This document shows positions 27,643 to 38,825 of a stretch of 64,000 nt of DNA, one piece after another. The stretch is from contig JAKACT010000007.1 in assembly GCA_021821195.1 (NCBI GenBank), positions 11,442 to 75,441 of the forward strand, read 5' to 3'. Source of the stretch: Pseudomonadota bacterium (GTDB lineage: Bacteria > Pseudomonadota > Gammaproteobacteria > Xanthomonadales > Xanthomonadaceae). The stretch's first letter is position 1; the number at the start of each line of letters is the position of its first letter. The notes under the pieces are model-generated. The model ran no database searches. It was not told where the DNA came from and saw only the letters and a list, made by a program, of their open reading frames with translations. A program made the position numbers and the translations under genes.

Positions 27643-27750
27643 GCGGGGGACTGTAGCACCCGCGGATGGGCGCAGGTTGAACAGCGATGCACCATCCCGC
27701 CGGGAAACGGGCTGGCCTTGCCGGACGCCCGGCAAGGCCGCCGGCGCTGC

Positions 27751-29103
27751 TCAGTCCTGGATCGCGGGCCGCGGCGGTGCGGCCCGCGTCGCCGTCGGTT
27801 CCGCCGGCTCGGCGCGCAGCACGCAGCTGCGGTCGCGACCCTGCTGCTTGGCCGCGTACAGCGCGCGGTCGGCGCGCGAGAACACGGCGTCGAAGCTGGG
27901 ATCCGACGGTTCGACGCAGGCGATGCCGAAGCTGGCGGTGATCGCCAGCGCGGGGTGCTCGGGGCAGGGACGGCAGTTGGCGGTCATCGTGCGGATGCGT
28001 TCGGCGATCGCGCGGGCGGCCTCGGCGTCGGTGTCGGGCAGCAGGATGCAGAATTCCTCGCCGCCCGTGCGCGCGCACAGGTCTTCCTCGCGCAGCGCGT
28101 GCTGGCTGCAGCCGGCGAAGTCCTGCAGCACGTGGTCGCCGACGGCGTGGCCGTAGTCGTCGTTGACCCGCTTGAAATGATCGATGTCGATGGCGACCAG
28201 GCTCAACGGCGTACCGTGGCGGCGGCTGCGCGCGAACTCGCTTTCCGCGCGCTCCTGGAAGCTGCGCCGGTTGGCCAGCCCGGTCAGGCTGTCGGTGCGC
28301 ACCTGCCGCTGCAGTTCTTCCTTCAGCGCGTGCAGCTCGGTGATGTCGGTGACCAGGCCGATCAGCGCGGGGCTGCCGTTGAAGTCCGGCCACGGCACCA
28401 CCACGCTCCAGTAGTGGCGCAGGTGGCCTTCGGCATCGACCAGGGATTCCTCGCCCGCATAGCGCTCGCCGGTGGCCAGCATGCGGAGGTCCTTTTCCCA
28501 GAACGCATCGGCGGCCTCGCGCGGCATCAGCTCGCTGTCCAGCCTGCCGACGATCTGGTCCACCGGCCGACCGAACACATCGGCCAGGTGCCGGTTGGCA
28601 TAGCGGAAGCGGCGATCGGCCCCCTTGACGTAGACCAGCCCGTCGATGTTGTCGAGCACCGTGTCCAGCAGTTCCTTCTGCTGGCGCACCCGGTCCTCCA
28701 GCCGCTTCTTCTCGGTGATGTCGTGGGAAATCCCGATCATCCCGATGATGGCGCCGCTGGCGTCTCGCAGCGGTTTCTTGATCGACCAGTAGCTGCGCGA
28801 TTCGCCGGTGGCGTGGATGTAGTTGGTTTCCTCGCGGGCGATGGTTTCGCCCAGCGCCAGCACGCGCCGGTCGGTCTTGCGCAAGGTGTCGCCGGCTTCG
28901 CCGATGTCGACGAAGTCGGTGAACGACTTGCCCAGCACGGCATCAAGCGGATGTCCGCCCAGCAGGTCCAGCACCAGCTGGTTGGCATACGTGTAGCGGC
29001 CTTCCAGGTCGGTGGTGTAGACGAATGCGCCCACCTCGTCCAGCAACTGGCGATAGGGGTCTGCGGTTATTGGCGCACGGTTGACCGGGGTCTGGCTGGC
29101 CAT
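27751..29103 (-). CDS. PAS-PAS-GGDEF diguanylate cyclase
   Basis: Two PAS/PAC repeats, TDSLTGLANRR, IDIDHFKRVNDDYGH, RxxD I-site (REED), GGEEF. Confidence 0.93.
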   Translation of the reverse strand: MASQTPVNRAPITADPYRQLLDEVGAFVYTTDLEGRYTYANQLVLDLLGGHPLDAVLGKSFTDFVDIGEAGDTLRKTDRRVLALGETIAREETNYIHATGESRSYWSIKKPLRDASGAIIGMIGISHDITEKKRLEDRVRQQKELLDTVLDNIDGLVYVKGADRRFRYANRHLADVFGRPVDQIVGRLDSELMPREAADAFWEKDLRMLATGERYAGEESLVDAEGHLRHYWSVVVPWPDFNGSPALIGLVTDITELHALKEELQRQVRTDSLTGLANRRSFQERAESEFARSRRHGTPLSLVAIDIDHFKRVNDDYGHAVGDHVLQDFAGCSQHALREEDLCARTGGEEFCILLPDTDAEAARAIAERIRTMTANCRPCPEHPALAITASFGIACVEPSDPSFDAVFSRADRALYAAKQQGRDRSCVLRAEPAEPTATRAAPPRPAIQD

Positions 29104-29164
29104 CTGCTGGATGCCCTCGCTGGCGTGTGCGTCGCCCCGGCGCGGTGGCCCCGGGGCGCTGGTG

Positions 29165-32002
29165 CTAGCCCAGCCTACTCCGTTGCGCGGAGAGCGCGTC
29201 AAGCTTCCCGGTCCAGTCGGCCAGGCGCGCCTGCTCCTGCTCCACCACCGCGGCCGGCACGCCGGCGCCGAACCTGGCCAGCTTGGCCTCGCTCTTGTCC
29301 TTTTCCGCGGCGACCTTGGCGATTTCCTTGTCCAGGCGCGCGCGTTCGGCGTCGAGGTCCACCAGGCCTTCCAGCGGCACGAACAGCTGCAGCTCGCCGA
29401 CCACGGCCGGTGCTGCCGCGGGCGGTTCACCGGCGATGATTTCGATGCGTTCCAGCTTGCACAGGAAGCGCAGCGAGGCATCGAAACGCTGCAGGCGCGA
29501 GGCATCGTCGGCGCCGCCGCCGCGCGCCAGCAGGGCCAGCTGCTTGGCCGGCGACACGCCCAGTTCGCTGCGGATGCGGCGCACCGCGCTGGCCATGGCC
29601 TTCAGCCATTCGATGTCGGCATCGGCCTGCGCGAAGGCGGTGGTGTCGATGTCGCCGGCCTGCGGGTACGGCTGCAGCATCAGGCTACCGGACTTGCCGA
29701 GCCTGGGCGCTACGGCCTGCCACAGCTCCTCGGTGACGAACGGGACCAGCGGATGCAGCATGCGCAGCAGTGCGTCCAGCACGTAAAGCAAAGTGTGGCG
29801 GGTGCTGTCCGCGGTGGCGGCGTCATCGCCGTTCAAGGCCGGCTTGGCCAGCTCCACGAACCAGTCGCAGAACTGGTTCCAGGCGAATTCGTACAGGCAC
29901 TGCGCCAGCAGGTCGAAGCGGTAGCTGGCGAAGTGTTCCGCGGCTTCCGCGCTGACCCGGTCGAGCTGCGACAGGATCCAGCGCTCCGCGTCGGTGCCGG
30001 GCTGCGGCTTGCCGGTGAAGGTGGCGTCGCCGACGTTCATCAGCGCGAAGCGCGTTGCGTTCCACAGCTTGTTGCAGAAATTCTTGTAGCCCTCGGCGCG
30101 GGCGAGGTCGAACTTGATGTCGCGGCCGGGGCCGGCCAGCGCGGCCATGGTGAAGCGCAGCGCGTCGGCGCCGTGCGGGTTGATGCCGTTCGGGAACTCC
30201 TTGCGGGTGTCCTTCTCGATCTTCTCGGCCATCTTCGGCTGCATCAGCCCGAAGGTGCGCTTGGCGACCAGGTCGTCGGCGCTGATGCCGTCGATGATGT
30301 CGATCGGGTCCAGCACGTTGCCCTTCGACTTCGACATCTTCTGGCCGTTCTTGTCGCGCACCAGGCCGGTGATGTAGACGTCGTGGAAGGGCACCTGGCC
30401 GGTGAAGTGGTCGGTCATCATCACCATCCGGGCGACCCAGAAGAAGATGATGTCGAAGCCGGTGACCAGCACGTTCGAAGGCACGTGCCTGGCGAAGCCG
30501 CGCTCGGCCATCGCGGCCGCGTCCGGCCAGCCCTGCGTGCTGAACGGGAACATCGCCGAGGAGAACCAGGTCTCCAGCACGTCCGGGTCCTGCCGCAGCG
30601 GCGCATCGCCGAGGCCGTGCGCCGCGCGCACTTCGGCTTCGCTGCGGCCAACAAAGACCTTGCCCGCCTCGTCGAACCACGCCGGAATGCGGTGGCCCCA
30701 CCACAGCTGGCGGCTGATGCACCAGTCCTGCAGGTTCTCCATCCAGTGGCGGTAGGTGTTGATCCAGTTCGGCGGCACGAACTTCACCGCGCCGCTCTCC
30801 GCGAGTTCCAGCCCGCGCTTGCCCAGCGTGTCCATCTGCACGAACCACTGGTCGGTCAGGTAGGGCTCGATCACCTGGCCGCTGCGGTCGCCGCGCGGCA
30901 CCTGCAGCTTGTGCGGCTTGACCTCGACCAGCAGCCCGGCGGCGTCGAGGTCGGCGACGATCAGCTTGCGCGCCTCGAAGCGGTCCAGCCCGCGGTACTT
31001 GTCGGCGATGTCGTCGCGGCTGGAAACCACCCGCGCGTCGTCGGTGAAGATGTTGATCAGCGGCAGCGAATGCCGTTGGCCCACCGCGTAGTCGTTGAAG
31101 TCGTGCGCCGGCGTCACCTTGACCACGCCGGTGCCGAAGGCGCGGTCGACGTAGTCGTCGGTGATGACCGGAATGCGGCGGCCGGTCAGCGGCAGCTCGA
31201 CGGACTTGCCGTGCAGCGCGAGGTAGCGCGGGTCTTCCGGATGCACCATCGCGGCGGTGTCGCCGAGCATGGTTTCCGGACGGGTGGTGGCCACCACCAC
31301 GTAGTCGCGGGTCTCGCGCAGGATCTCGTTGCCGTCGGCATCGACCTCCACGTGCTCGTAGCTCGCGCCGTCGGCCAGCGGGTAGCGGATCGACCACAGG
31401 TGGCCGTTCTCTTCCTCGCTCACCACTTCCAGGTCGGAGATCGCGGTCTTCAGCACCGGGTCCCAGTTGACCAGCCGCTGGCCGCGGTAGACCAGGCCCT
31501 GCTCATGCAGGCGCACGAAGGCTTCGGTGACTGCCTGCGACGGCATCGGGTCCATGGTGAACACGCTGCGCGACCAGTCGCCGGACGCGCCGAGGCGGCG
31601 CATCTGCCGCTCGATCGTGTCGCCGCTGTGCTGCTTCCATTCCCAGACCTTGGCGATGAACCGCTCGCGGCCCAGAGAGTCGCGGGTCTCGCCCTTGCCT
31701 TCGATGGCGAGGTTGCGGCTGACCACCATCTCGGTGGCGATGCCGGCGTGGTCGGTGCCCATCTGCCACAGGGTGCGGTAGCCGCGCATGCGGTGGTAGC
31801 GCACCAGCGCGTCCATCAGCGTGTGCTGGAACGCATGGCCCATGTGCAGCGTGCCGGTGACGTTGGGCGGCGGCAGCAGGATGGTGTAGGCCGGGCCGTC
31901 GCCGGTCGGCGCGAAGGCGCCGCTGTTTTCCCACTGCTGGTACAGGCGGGTTTCGAAGGATTGCGGGTCGAAGCCGGAGGCGAGGGTGGTCATCGGGGTC
32001 AC
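29165..32002 (-). CDS. valS: Valine--tRNA ligase
   Basis: [30 protein letters not shown]-terminal coiled coil. Confidence 0.99.
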   Translation of the reverse strand: MTPMTTLASGFDPQSFETRLYQQWENSGAFAPTGDGPAYTILLPPPNVTGTLHMGHAFQHTLMDALVRYHRMRGYRTLWQMGTDHAGIATEMVVSRNLAIEGKGETRDSLGRERFIAKVWEWKQHSGDTIERQMRRLGASGDWSRSVFTMDPMPSQAVTEAFVRLHEQGLVYRGQRLVNWDPVLKTAISDLEVVSEEENGHLWSIRYPLADGASYEHVEVDADGNEILRETRDYVVVATTRPETMLGDTAAMVHPEDPRYLALHGKSVELPLTGRRIPVITDDYVDRAFGTGVVKVTPAHDFNDYAVGQRHSLPLINIFTDDARVVSSRDDIADKYRGLDRFEARKLIVADLDAAGLLVEVKPHKLQVPRGDRSGQVIEPYLTDQWFVQMDTLGKRGLELAESGAVKFVPPNWINTYRHWMENLQDWCISRQLWWGHRIPAWFDEAGKVFVGRSEAEVRAAHGLGDAPLRQDPDVLETWFSSAMFPFSTQGWPDAAAMAERGFARHVPSNVLVTGFDIIFFWVARMVMMTDHFTGQVPFHDVYITGLVRDKNGQKMSKSKGNVLDPIDIIDGISADDLVAKRTFGLMQPKMAEKIEKDTRKEFPNGINPHGADALRFTMAALAGPGRDIKFDLARAEGYKNFCNKLWNATRFALMNVGDATFTGKPQPGTDAERWILSQLDRVSAEAAEHFASYRFDLLAQCLYEFAWNQFCDWFVELAKPALNGDDAATADSTRHTLLYVLDALLRMLHPLVPFVTEELWQAVAPRLGKSGSLMLQPYPQAGDIDTTAFAQADADIEWLKAMASAVRRIRSELGVSPAKQLALLARGGGADDASRLQRFDASLRFLCKLERIEIIAGEPPAAAPAVVGELQLFVPLEGLVDLDAERARLDKEIAKVAAEKDKSEAKLARFGAGVPAAVVEQEQARLADWTGKLDALSAQRSRLG

Positions 32003-32424
32003 ATTTCGTAATTCTTGAGATCGAAGCCCAGCGACTGGTAGTGCTTCCAGCGCTCGCGCAGCGGCCCGCGCGCGGCCGGGTCGGCCGGCACCACTTCCAG
32101 CACGCGCTCGAAGGCGCCGGCCGGCGCGTCGTCGCGCAGGTTGATCAGCAGCGGGCGCGGCGCGGGGTCGGATTCCGGCGCGGCGATCAGCACCGGCGCC
32201 TCATCCTCGTCCTCGTCCTGGCCTGCGATCTGGTGCGGTAGGTACTCGTCGGGATCGAACGACCACAGCAGGTCGTCCAGCGCTTCCGCCTGCGCCATGT
32301 CGCGGGCCAGCACCAGCGTCGGCAGGTCGGCGGCGAATGCACGCTTGGCCAGCTCGCAGACCAGCAGCAGCGGCTGTTCGCGGAAGCGCGGCTTGTCGAT
32401 CAGGTAGAAGTCGGCGCGGGGCAT
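31999..32424 (-). CDS. holC: DNA polymerase III subunit chi
   Basis: [27 protein letters not shown]; pepA-holC-valS synteny. Confidence 0.95.
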   Translation of the reverse strand: MPRADFYLIDKPRFREQPLLLVCELAKRAFAADLPTLVLARDMAQAEALDDLLWSFDPDEYLPHQIAGQDEDEDEAPVLIAAPESDPAPRPLLINLRDDAPAGAFERVLEVVPADPAARGPLRERWKHYQSLGFDLKNYEM

Positions 32425-32495
32425 GGTGTGTTTTCCTGGAGAGACGGCGCCGGTGATCCCCGTGCATCGGGGTTGCCGGCGCCGCCGCTACGGCC

Positions 32496-33977
32496 TCAGC
32501 TGGCGCGATCCAGCAGCCACTGCGACAGCATGCCGACCGGGCGGCCGGTGGCCATTCCCATCTTGCCGTCGTCGGAGGCGCTGCCTGCGATGTCCAGATG
32601 CACCCAGCGCTGGCCTTCGGTGAAACGCGACAGGAAGCAGCCGGCGGTGATCGCGCCGGCCCAGCGGCCGCCGATGTTGTAGATGTCGGCGAACGCCGAG
32701 TCCAGCATCGGCTGGTATTCGTCCCATAGCGGCAGCTGCCAGCCGCGGTCGAACACGGTTTCGCCGGCGTCGAGGATTTCCCGCGCCAGGTCATGGCTGC
32801 TCTTGGTCATCACGCCGGTGGCGTACTTGCCCAGCGCGACCATGCAGGCACCGGTCAGGGTGGCGACGTTGACCAGCGCGGCCGGCTGGAAGCGCTGCGC
32901 GTAGGTCAGCGCATCGCACAGGATCAGGCGGCCCTCGGCGTCGGTATTGCCCACCTCGATGGTCTTGCCGCTCATGCTGGTGATGACGTCGGACGGGCGG
33001 TAGCTGTTGCCATCGATGGCGTTCTCCACCGCCGCGGCGATGCAGACCAGGTTGACCGGCAGGCGCATGCCCACCGCGGCCACGAACGTGCCGAGCACGC
33101 TGCCGGCGCCGCACATGTCGTACTTCATTTCCTCGATGCCGCCCTGCGTCTTCAGGTTGACGCCGCCGGTGTCGAAGGTGATGCCCTTGCCGACCAGCAC
33201 GTAGGGCTTGGCGTCGCCGCCGTTGTTGTACTTCAGCACCACCAGCCGCGGGCGCTGCGCACTGCCGCGCGCCACCGCCAGCAGCGAACCCATGCCCAGC
33301 GCTTCCATCGCGGCGTCGTCCAGCACCTCGCATTCGACGCCCTCGCTGCGCGCCGCCAGCTCCTGCGCCTGCTGCGCGATGTAGGCCGGGTTGCAGATGT
33401 TCGGCGGCAGGTTGCCCAGCTCGCGGGTGAAGCGCACCCCCGCGGCGATCGCCACGCCCTGCGCCAGCGCGGTGGCATCGGTGCCGGCGATGTGCAGGTG
33501 CTGCAGGCCCTTGTCCTCGCGCTTCTTGTTCTTCTCGCCGAGGGTGGCGAGGTAGCGGTAGCAGGCGTGGTCGGCGGCGATCACCGCCTGGCGGATGTTC
33601 CAGGCGGCGTCGCGCTCCTTGACCGCCACTTCCGCCAGGGTGAACAGCGCCGTGGCCACCGGGCCGGTCTTGAGCGCGCGGGCGGCGTCGCCCACCGCCT
33701 TGAGGTACTGCGGCACGCCGAACTTGCCGGCATCCCCCAATCCCACCACCAGCACCCGCGGCGCGGCGATCCCGCCCAGGTCGTGCAGCAGGGCGGTCTT
33801 GCCGGTCTTGCCGGAGACGTCGCCGCGCTCCAGCAGGGTGCGGATGCGGCCGCTGCTGGCGGCGTCCAGCGCCTGCGCGGCGGGCGCCAGGCTGCCGTCG
33901 GCGAAGGCGCCGACCACGATGCAGTCGACGGTGGCGGAGGCGGGGGCGGTCTGGTTCAGGCTGAATTCGAGGCTCAT
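32496..33977 (-). CDS. pepA: Leucyl aminopeptidase (M17)
   Basis: [32 protein letters not shown]. Confidence 0.98.
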   Translation of the reverse strand: MSLEFSLNQTAPASATVDCIVVGAFADGSLAPAAQALDAASSGRIRTLLERGDVSGKTGKTALLHDLGGIAAPRVLVVGLGDAGKFGVPQYLKAVGDAARALKTGPVATALFTLAEVAVKERDAAWNIRQAVIAADHACYRYLATLGEKNKKREDKGLQHLHIAGTDATALAQGVAIAAGVRFTRELGNLPPNICNPAYIAQQAQELAARSEGVECEVLDDAAMEALGMGSLLAVARGSAQRPRLVVLKYNNGGDAKPYVLVGKGITFDTGGVNLKTQGGIEEMKYDMCGAGSVLGTFVAAVGMRLPVNLVCIAAAVENAIDGNSYRPSDVITSMSGKTIEVGNTDAEGRLILCDALTYAQRFQPAALVNVATLTGACMVALGKYATGVMTKSSHDLAREILDAGETVFDRGWQLPLWDEYQPMLDSAFADIYNIGGRWAGAITAGCFLSRFTEGQRWVHLDIAGSASDDGKMGMATGRPVGMLSQWLLDRAS

Positions 33978-34143
33978 CGAACAAGGTATCCGGGCTGGAT
34001 GACGAAAAAGAAGGCGGCCTGCCGGTTGCGACCGGCGGGCAGGCGGGCTGGGTCGCTATACAATGCGCGGCCGCGCCGGGCGCAGGCAAAGCGCCGCGTG
34101 GCGAATCCCAATTCTAAAGCATGTTCTGGAGCACGCCGGCCTG

Positions 34144-35223
34144 ATGCCGAAGCTGGACCGCTACCTCAGCGCCGAGTTCACCCGCGCCGTGATTGCCGCG
34201 CTGGTGGTGCTGGGCATGGTCAGCCTGGGCGGCGTGTTCGCCGACCTGATCGGCGAGATGGCCGCAGGCAAGGTGCCGCCGGCGCTGCTGCTGTCGCAGC
34301 TGGGCCTGCGCCTGCTTGGCTACCTGCCGCTGATCTTGCCGCTGGCATTGCTGCTGGGGCTGCTGCTGGCGGTGGGCCGGCTGTATCGCGATTCGGAAAT
34401 GCACGTGCTGGCCGCCATCGGCGTCGGCCCGGGGCGGATGTTGCGCCCGCTGCTGCTGGTGGTGGCGCCGGTGCTGCTGGTGATCGCCGCCTGTTCGCTG
34501 TGGCTGGGGCCATGGGCGAACCGGTTGGCGCGCGGGATGGTGATCGAGGCCAACAAGAACCTGCTGGTGGCCGGGCTGGAGCCGGGCCGCTTCACCCCGA
34601 TGGCCAGCGGCGGCGTGGCCTATGCCGGCGAGATGTCGAGCGACGGCACCAAGCTGGCGCGGGTGTTCATCTTCCGCGAGCGTGGCGACCGCATGGACGT
34701 GGCCACCGCGCGCAGCGGCGAGCTCTATCGCGACCAGGGCGCGCGGGTGCTGGCACTGCTGGACGGCTTCCGGGTGGAAGGCCCGCTGGCCGGGCAGGCG
34801 CTGGACTACCGGCTGATGCACTACGCCCGCAACGAGATGCAGCTGCCGGCGCCGGATGACCAGCGGCAGATGGACGATCCCGCCTTCAAGACCATCGGCG
34901 AGTTGCTGGTGGATCCCGCCGCGCCGGCGCGCGCCGAGCTGCACTGGCGCATCGCGCCGCCGCTGCTGGCGCTGGCGTTCGCGCTGATGGCGCTGCCGCT
35001 GGCGCGCAGTTCGCCGCGGCAGTCCCGCCATGGTGCGCTGCTGCTGGCCTTCCTGGCCTACCTAGTAGGCGTGTTCCTGATGATCCTGGGCACCGAATGG
35101 CTGGCCACCGGCCAGCTGCCGGTCGCCGCCGGGCTGTGGTGGCTGTTGCTGCCGATGCTGGCGCTGGGCGGCTGGCTGTATGCACGCGATGGCCGCGTGG
35201 CGCGGAAGTGGAGGCGGCGATGA
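34144..35223 (+). CDS. lptF: LPS export ABC permease LptF
   Basis: LDRYL N-terminus, RLYRDSEMHVL, AELHWR; divergent from pepA. Confidence 0.93.
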   Translation: MPKLDRYLSAEFTRAVIAALVVLGMVSLGGVFADLIGEMAAGKVPPALLLSQLGLRLLGYLPLILPLALLLGLLLAVGRLYRDSEMHVLAAIGVGPGRMLRPLLLVVAPVLLVIAACSLWLGPWANRLARGMVIEANKNLLVAGLEPGRFTPMASGGVAYAGEMSSDGTKLARVFIFRERGDRMDVATARSGELYRDQGARVLALLDGFRVEGPLAGQALDYRLMHYARNEMQLPAPDDQRQMDDPAFKTIGELLVDPAAPARAELHWRIAPPLLALAFALMALPLARSSPRQSRHGALLLAFLAYLVGVFLMILGTEWLATGQLPVAAGLWWLLLPMLALGGWLYARDGRVARKWRRR

Positions 35224-36317
35224 AGCGCTGGCCGCGGCTGCACGACAGCTACATCGCGCGGGCGGTGATCGGCAGCGTGCTGCTGGCCTGGAGCGTGCTG
35301 CTCGGGCTGGACGTGGTGCTGGCCTTCGCCGACAGCGTGGGCGACATCGGCAAGGGCGCGTTCACCGCCAACCATGCGATCGCGGTCACCGGGCTGAGCA
35401 TCCCATGGCGCGCCTACACCCTGTTCCCGACCGCGGCGGTGATCGGTGCGCTGCTCGGCCTGGGCCAGCTGGCGGCTTCGTCCGAGCTGACCGCGCTGCG
35501 TGCGCTGGGCCTGTCGCGGCGGCGCCTGGGAGCATCGGTGGCGGCATCGCTGGCGCTGCTGACCCTGCTGATGGTGGTCAACGGCGAGACCCTGGCGCCA
35601 TGGGGCGAGGAGCGCGCGCAGGCGCTGAAATCGGTGCGCAACACCGACCTGGTGATGTCCAAGTACAGCGGGCTGTGGGCGCGCGAAGGCGACATGTTCG
35701 TCAATGCGAAAAGCGGCGAGCAGAAGCAGCGCGGCGATGATCGCTGGCTGGAATTGCGCGGCGTGCGCCTGTTCCAGTTCGATGGCGAAGGCCGCCTGCA
35801 GTCCATCGCCAACGTCGAGGTAGCCGAGCACCGCCCCGGCGGCTGGGAGCTGCGTGGGGTCGAACGCACCAGCTTCCACGCCAAGTCGGTGACCCGCAGC
35901 CGCGCGGCGCGGGAGCACTGGAAGTCAGGGCTGGACGAGACCGCGCTGGCCTCCAGCGTGACCAAGCCGCGCAACATGGGCAGCCGCGAGCTGGCGCAGA
36001 GCATCGAGTACCGCCGCCGCAATGGGCTGGAGGCCGGCGAATTCGAGGACATTTATTGGGGCCGCTGGTTCTATCCGATCAACGTGCTGGCGCTGTGCCT
36101 GGCCGCGATCCCGTTCGCGTTCGGTTCGCTGCGCAGCGGCGGCTACGGCAAGCGGGTGTTCATCGGCATCGTCTTCGCGCTGGGTTTTTGGGTGCTGCAG
36201 CGGATCTTCGGCGAGCTGGCCGGGATCTTCCGCTTCGACTACCGCATCGCCTACGCGATGCCGCCGGTGGTGATGCTGGCGGTGTCCTGGCTGCTGTTCC
36301 GCCGCCGCAGCAACTAG
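35220..36317 (+). CDS. lptG: LPS export ABC permease LptG
   Basis: SYIAR, LAASSELTALRALG, GLWAREG, FGSLRSG; overlaps the lptF stop. Confidence 0.93.
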   Translation: MKRWPRLHDSYIARAVIGSVLLAWSVLLGLDVVLAFADSVGDIGKGAFTANHAIAVTGLSIPWRAYTLFPTAAVIGALLGLGQLAASSELTALRALGLSRRRLGASVAASLALLTLLMVVNGETLAPWGEERAQALKSVRNTDLVMSKYSGLWAREGDMFVNAKSGEQKQRGDDRWLELRGVRLFQFDGEGRLQSIANVEVAEHRPGGWELRGVERTSFHAKSVTRSRAAREHWKSGLDETALASSVTKPRNMGSRELAQSIEYRRRNGLEAGEFEDIYWGRWFYPINVLALCLAAIPFAFGSLRSGGYGKRVFIGIVFALGFWVLQRIFGELAGIFRFDYRIAYAMPPVVMLAVSWLLFRRRSN

Positions 36318-36342
36318 CCAGCCGGCGCGTCCTGCCTCGCGG

Positions 36343-36807
36343 TCAGGCAATCGGTTTCGGAAGCCGCTGCAGGCGGGTGCCGCTGGCGCGGTCATGCCAG
36401 GCCAGCCCATCGCGGTCGAGCCATGCCCACCAGAAGCCCAGTCCCCCGGCCAGCAGGGACAGCGTGGCCATCGCGTAGCGCCGCCATAGCGCGGGCACGG
36501 TTGGCTCGGCGCCGCCGGCAGCGACCAGCTGCAGCCGCCACGGCCGCATCCCCAGCGTCTGCCCGCCGCTGCGCCAGCTCGTGGTTGCGTATAGGCCGGT
36601 GGCCAACCAGCAGCACAGCCACAGCAGCCACTGCAACGCGCTGAAGGGTGCGATGTTTTCCCGCGCCGGGTGGTGGCCGAGATAGGTGTAGCCGAAGGTG
36701 AAGGCGGTGGACAGCAGCATCCACAGCGCCAGCATCGGCAGGAAGTCGTACAGCAGCGCCAGCAGGCGCCAGCCGACCAGGGTTGGGGGACGTTGATGCT
36801 CGGGCAT
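36343..36807 (-). CDS. RDD family membrane protein
   Basis: WRLLALLYD, GQTLGMRPWRL, WHDRASGT. Confidence 0.9.
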   Translation of the reverse strand: MPEHQRPPTLVGWRLLALLYDFLPMLALWMLLSTAFTFGYTYLGHHPARENIAPFSALQWLLWLCCWLATGLYATTSWRSGGQTLGMRPWRLQLVAAGGAEPTVPALWRRYAMATLSLLAGGLGFWWAWLDRDGLAWHDRASGTRLQRLPKPIA

Positions 36808-36889
36808 TGGCACAGGATACAGGCGGGGCAGCGCCGGCCTGCGCGCTGCGAAGGTGCTGGAAGCGCGCCGTGGCCCTACCCTTGCGCAC

Positions 36890-37852
36890 ATGCCCAGCGC
36901 CGCCGACCGCCGCCAGTTGTCCCGTAGCCTGCCGCCGCTGGCGGAGGGGGATGCGGCCGACATCGAACGTTTCCTCGATGCGGCCTGGGCCGAACGCGGC
37001 TTATCCCGCGCCACCCTGTCGGCCTATCGCGCTGATTTGCAGGGATTGGCGCGCTGGCTGCGTGCGACGGGGCGGCCAGCGTTGCCGCAGGCGCGTCGTG
37101 AAGACCTGTTCGCCAACCTGGCGATGCGCGCCGAGGCTGGCTACACGCCGCGCAGCACCGCGCGGCTGTTGTCCTGCCTGCGCGCCTATTTCGCGCAGGC
37201 GCTGCGTAGCGGCGTGCGCAAGGACGATCCCTGTGCGCTGCTGCAGCCGCCGACGCTGCCGCGGCTGCTGCCCAAGGCCCTGTCCGAAGCGCAGGTGGCG
37301 GCGCTGCTGGCTGCCCCCGACGTGGCCACCCCGATCGGGCTGCGCGACCGCGCGATGTTGGAGCTGATGTACGCCGCAGGCCTGCGGGTGAGCGAGCTGG
37401 TCGGCCTGCCGGCCACCGCGCTCAACCTGCGCCAGGGCGTGCTGCGGGTGACCGGCAAGGGCGGCCGCGAGCGGCTGGTGCCGCTGGGGGAGGAATCGCG
37501 GCATTGGCTGGAGCGCTACCTGCGCGAGGCGCGGGCGCCGCTGCTGGCCGGCGTGCGCCAGCCATCGACGGTGCAGGCGCTGTTCGTCGAGGCGGACGGC
37601 GAGGCGCCCAGCCGACAGGCGTTCTGGGCCTTGGTGAAGCGCTGCGCGGTAGTGGCCGGGATCGATCCCGCGCGGATCAGCCCGCACGGCCTGCGCCATA
37701 GTTTCGCCACCCACCTGCTCAACCATGGTGCCGACCTGCGCGCGCTGCAGATGCTGCTGGGCCACAGTTCGCTGACCACCACCCAGATCTATACTCTGGT
37801 GGCCCGCGACCGCCTGCGCAACCTGCACGCGCTGCACCATCCGCGCGCCTGA
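36890..37852 (+). CDS. xerD: Site-specific tyrosine recombinase XerD
   Basis: LRDRAMLELMYAAGLRVSEL, TGKGGRERLVP, SPHGLRHSFATHLLNHGADLR, GH..TTQIY; upstream of dsbC. Confidence 0.95.
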   Translation: MPSAADRRQLSRSLPPLAEGDAADIERFLDAAWAERGLSRATLSAYRADLQGLARWLRATGRPALPQARREDLFANLAMRAEAGYTPRSTARLLSCLRAYFAQALRSGVRKDDPCALLQPPTLPRLLPKALSEAQVAALLAAPDVATPIGLRDRAMLELMYAAGLRVSELVGLPATALNLRQGVLRVTGKGGRERLVPLGEESRHWLERYLREARAPLLAGVRQPSTVQALFVEADGEAPSRQAFWALVKRCAVVAGIDPARISPHGLRHSFATHLLNHGADLRALQMLLGHSSLTTTQIYTLVARDRLRNLHALHHPRA

Positions 37853-37953
37853 GGGCGCGCATGCGGCCGGCCCCGATCGGGAGGGCATGCGAGAATGCGG
37901 AACCAAAGGCGGCTGGTCCGGGTCGGATGCAGCGCCCGTATGCCGGAGTTCCG

Positions 37954-38757
37954 ATGAAGCACCTCGTCCTTGCCGCCCTGTCCTGCCTCAGCCTGTCGGC
38001 CTGCGCGCAGTCCCCCGCCCCCGCCGCGCCTGCCGCCACCAAGCCGGTGGCGACCGTGAAGGAGCCCAGCTTCGCCGCCGGCACCCCGGAAGCCCGCGTG
38101 CGTGAAGCGCTGCGCGCGCTGAACCCGCGCATCCAGGTGGAGTCCATCGGCGAGGCGGGGATCCCGGGGTTCCGCGAAGTCATCGCCGGCGGGCAGGTGA
38201 TCTGGGTCAGCGACGACGGCAAGTACCTGTTCCAGGGCGACCTGCTGGACATCGCCGCCCGCAAGGACTTGGGCGACGAGGCGATGGCCAAGGTGCGCCG
38301 GCAGGTGCTGGCCACCCTGCCCGAGGCCGACCGCATCGTGTTCGCCCCGGCCGGGGCCAGCAAGCACACCGTGGTGGTGCTGACCGACGTGGAATGCGGC
38401 TATTGCCGCAAGTTCCACACCGACATCGCCGAGTACACCAAGCGCGGCATCCGGGTGGAATACCTGGCGTTCCCGCGCGCCGGCATCGGCAGCCCCGACT
38501 ACCGCAAGATGGTGGCGGTGTGGTGCGCGCCGGACCGCCGCAAGGCGCTGACCGACGCCAAGAACGACCGCACCGTGCCGGATAAGTCGTGCGCCCGCTC
38601 GCCGGTGGACATGCAGTACAACGCCGGCCTGCGGATGGGGCTGGAAGGCACGCCGATGATCTTGACCCTGGACGGCCACCAGCTCGGCGGCTACCTGCCG
38701 CCGGACGTGCTGCTGGAGCGTCTGGACGCAATGGCGAAGGGCAACAAGGCCGGCTGA
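37954..38757 (+). CDS. dsbC: Thiol:disulfide isomerase DsbC
   Basis: Dimerisation domain, [19 protein letters not shown]; signal peptide with lipobox-like LSAC. Confidence 0.94.
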   Translation: MKHLVLAALSCLSLSACAQSPAPAAPAATKPVATVKEPSFAAGTPEARVREALRALNPRIQVESIGEAGIPGFREVIAGGQVIWVSDDGKYLFQGDLLDIAARKDLGDEAMAKVRRQVLATLPEADRIVFAPAGASKHTVVVLTDVECGYCRKFHTDIAEYTKRGIRVEYLAFPRAGIGSPDYRKMVAVWCAPDRRKALTDAKNDRTVPDKSCARSPVDMQYNAGLRMGLEGTPMILTLDGHQLGGYLPPDVLLERLDAMAKGNKAG

Positions 38758-38825
38758 CCCCCGGCCGCGGGCCTGGCTTGCCCGGCTCGGCTACAATGGC
38801 GGGCCGTCCCCAACAGCTGCCGGAC

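Noticed and set aside
21023-29164. Intact genomic island integrated at tRNA-Met
   Set aside because: No integrase, and I found no repeat of the tRNA 3' end by eye; kept only as a weak hypothesis under the cop cluster finding
29104-29505. In-frame extension suggesting a valS-DGC fusion or readthrough
   Set aside because: The extension lies in a different frame from valS, which ends normally at 29165
32860-32880. PepA NVATLTGA instead of the usual DxATLTGA
   Set aside because: A single substitution outside the metal-binding motifs, which are intact; no evidence of functional change
36890-37852. Tyrosine recombinase as a phage or island integrase
   Set aside because: XerD-type motifs and the conserved xerD-dsbC-purL context; no att sites or mobile cargo adjacent
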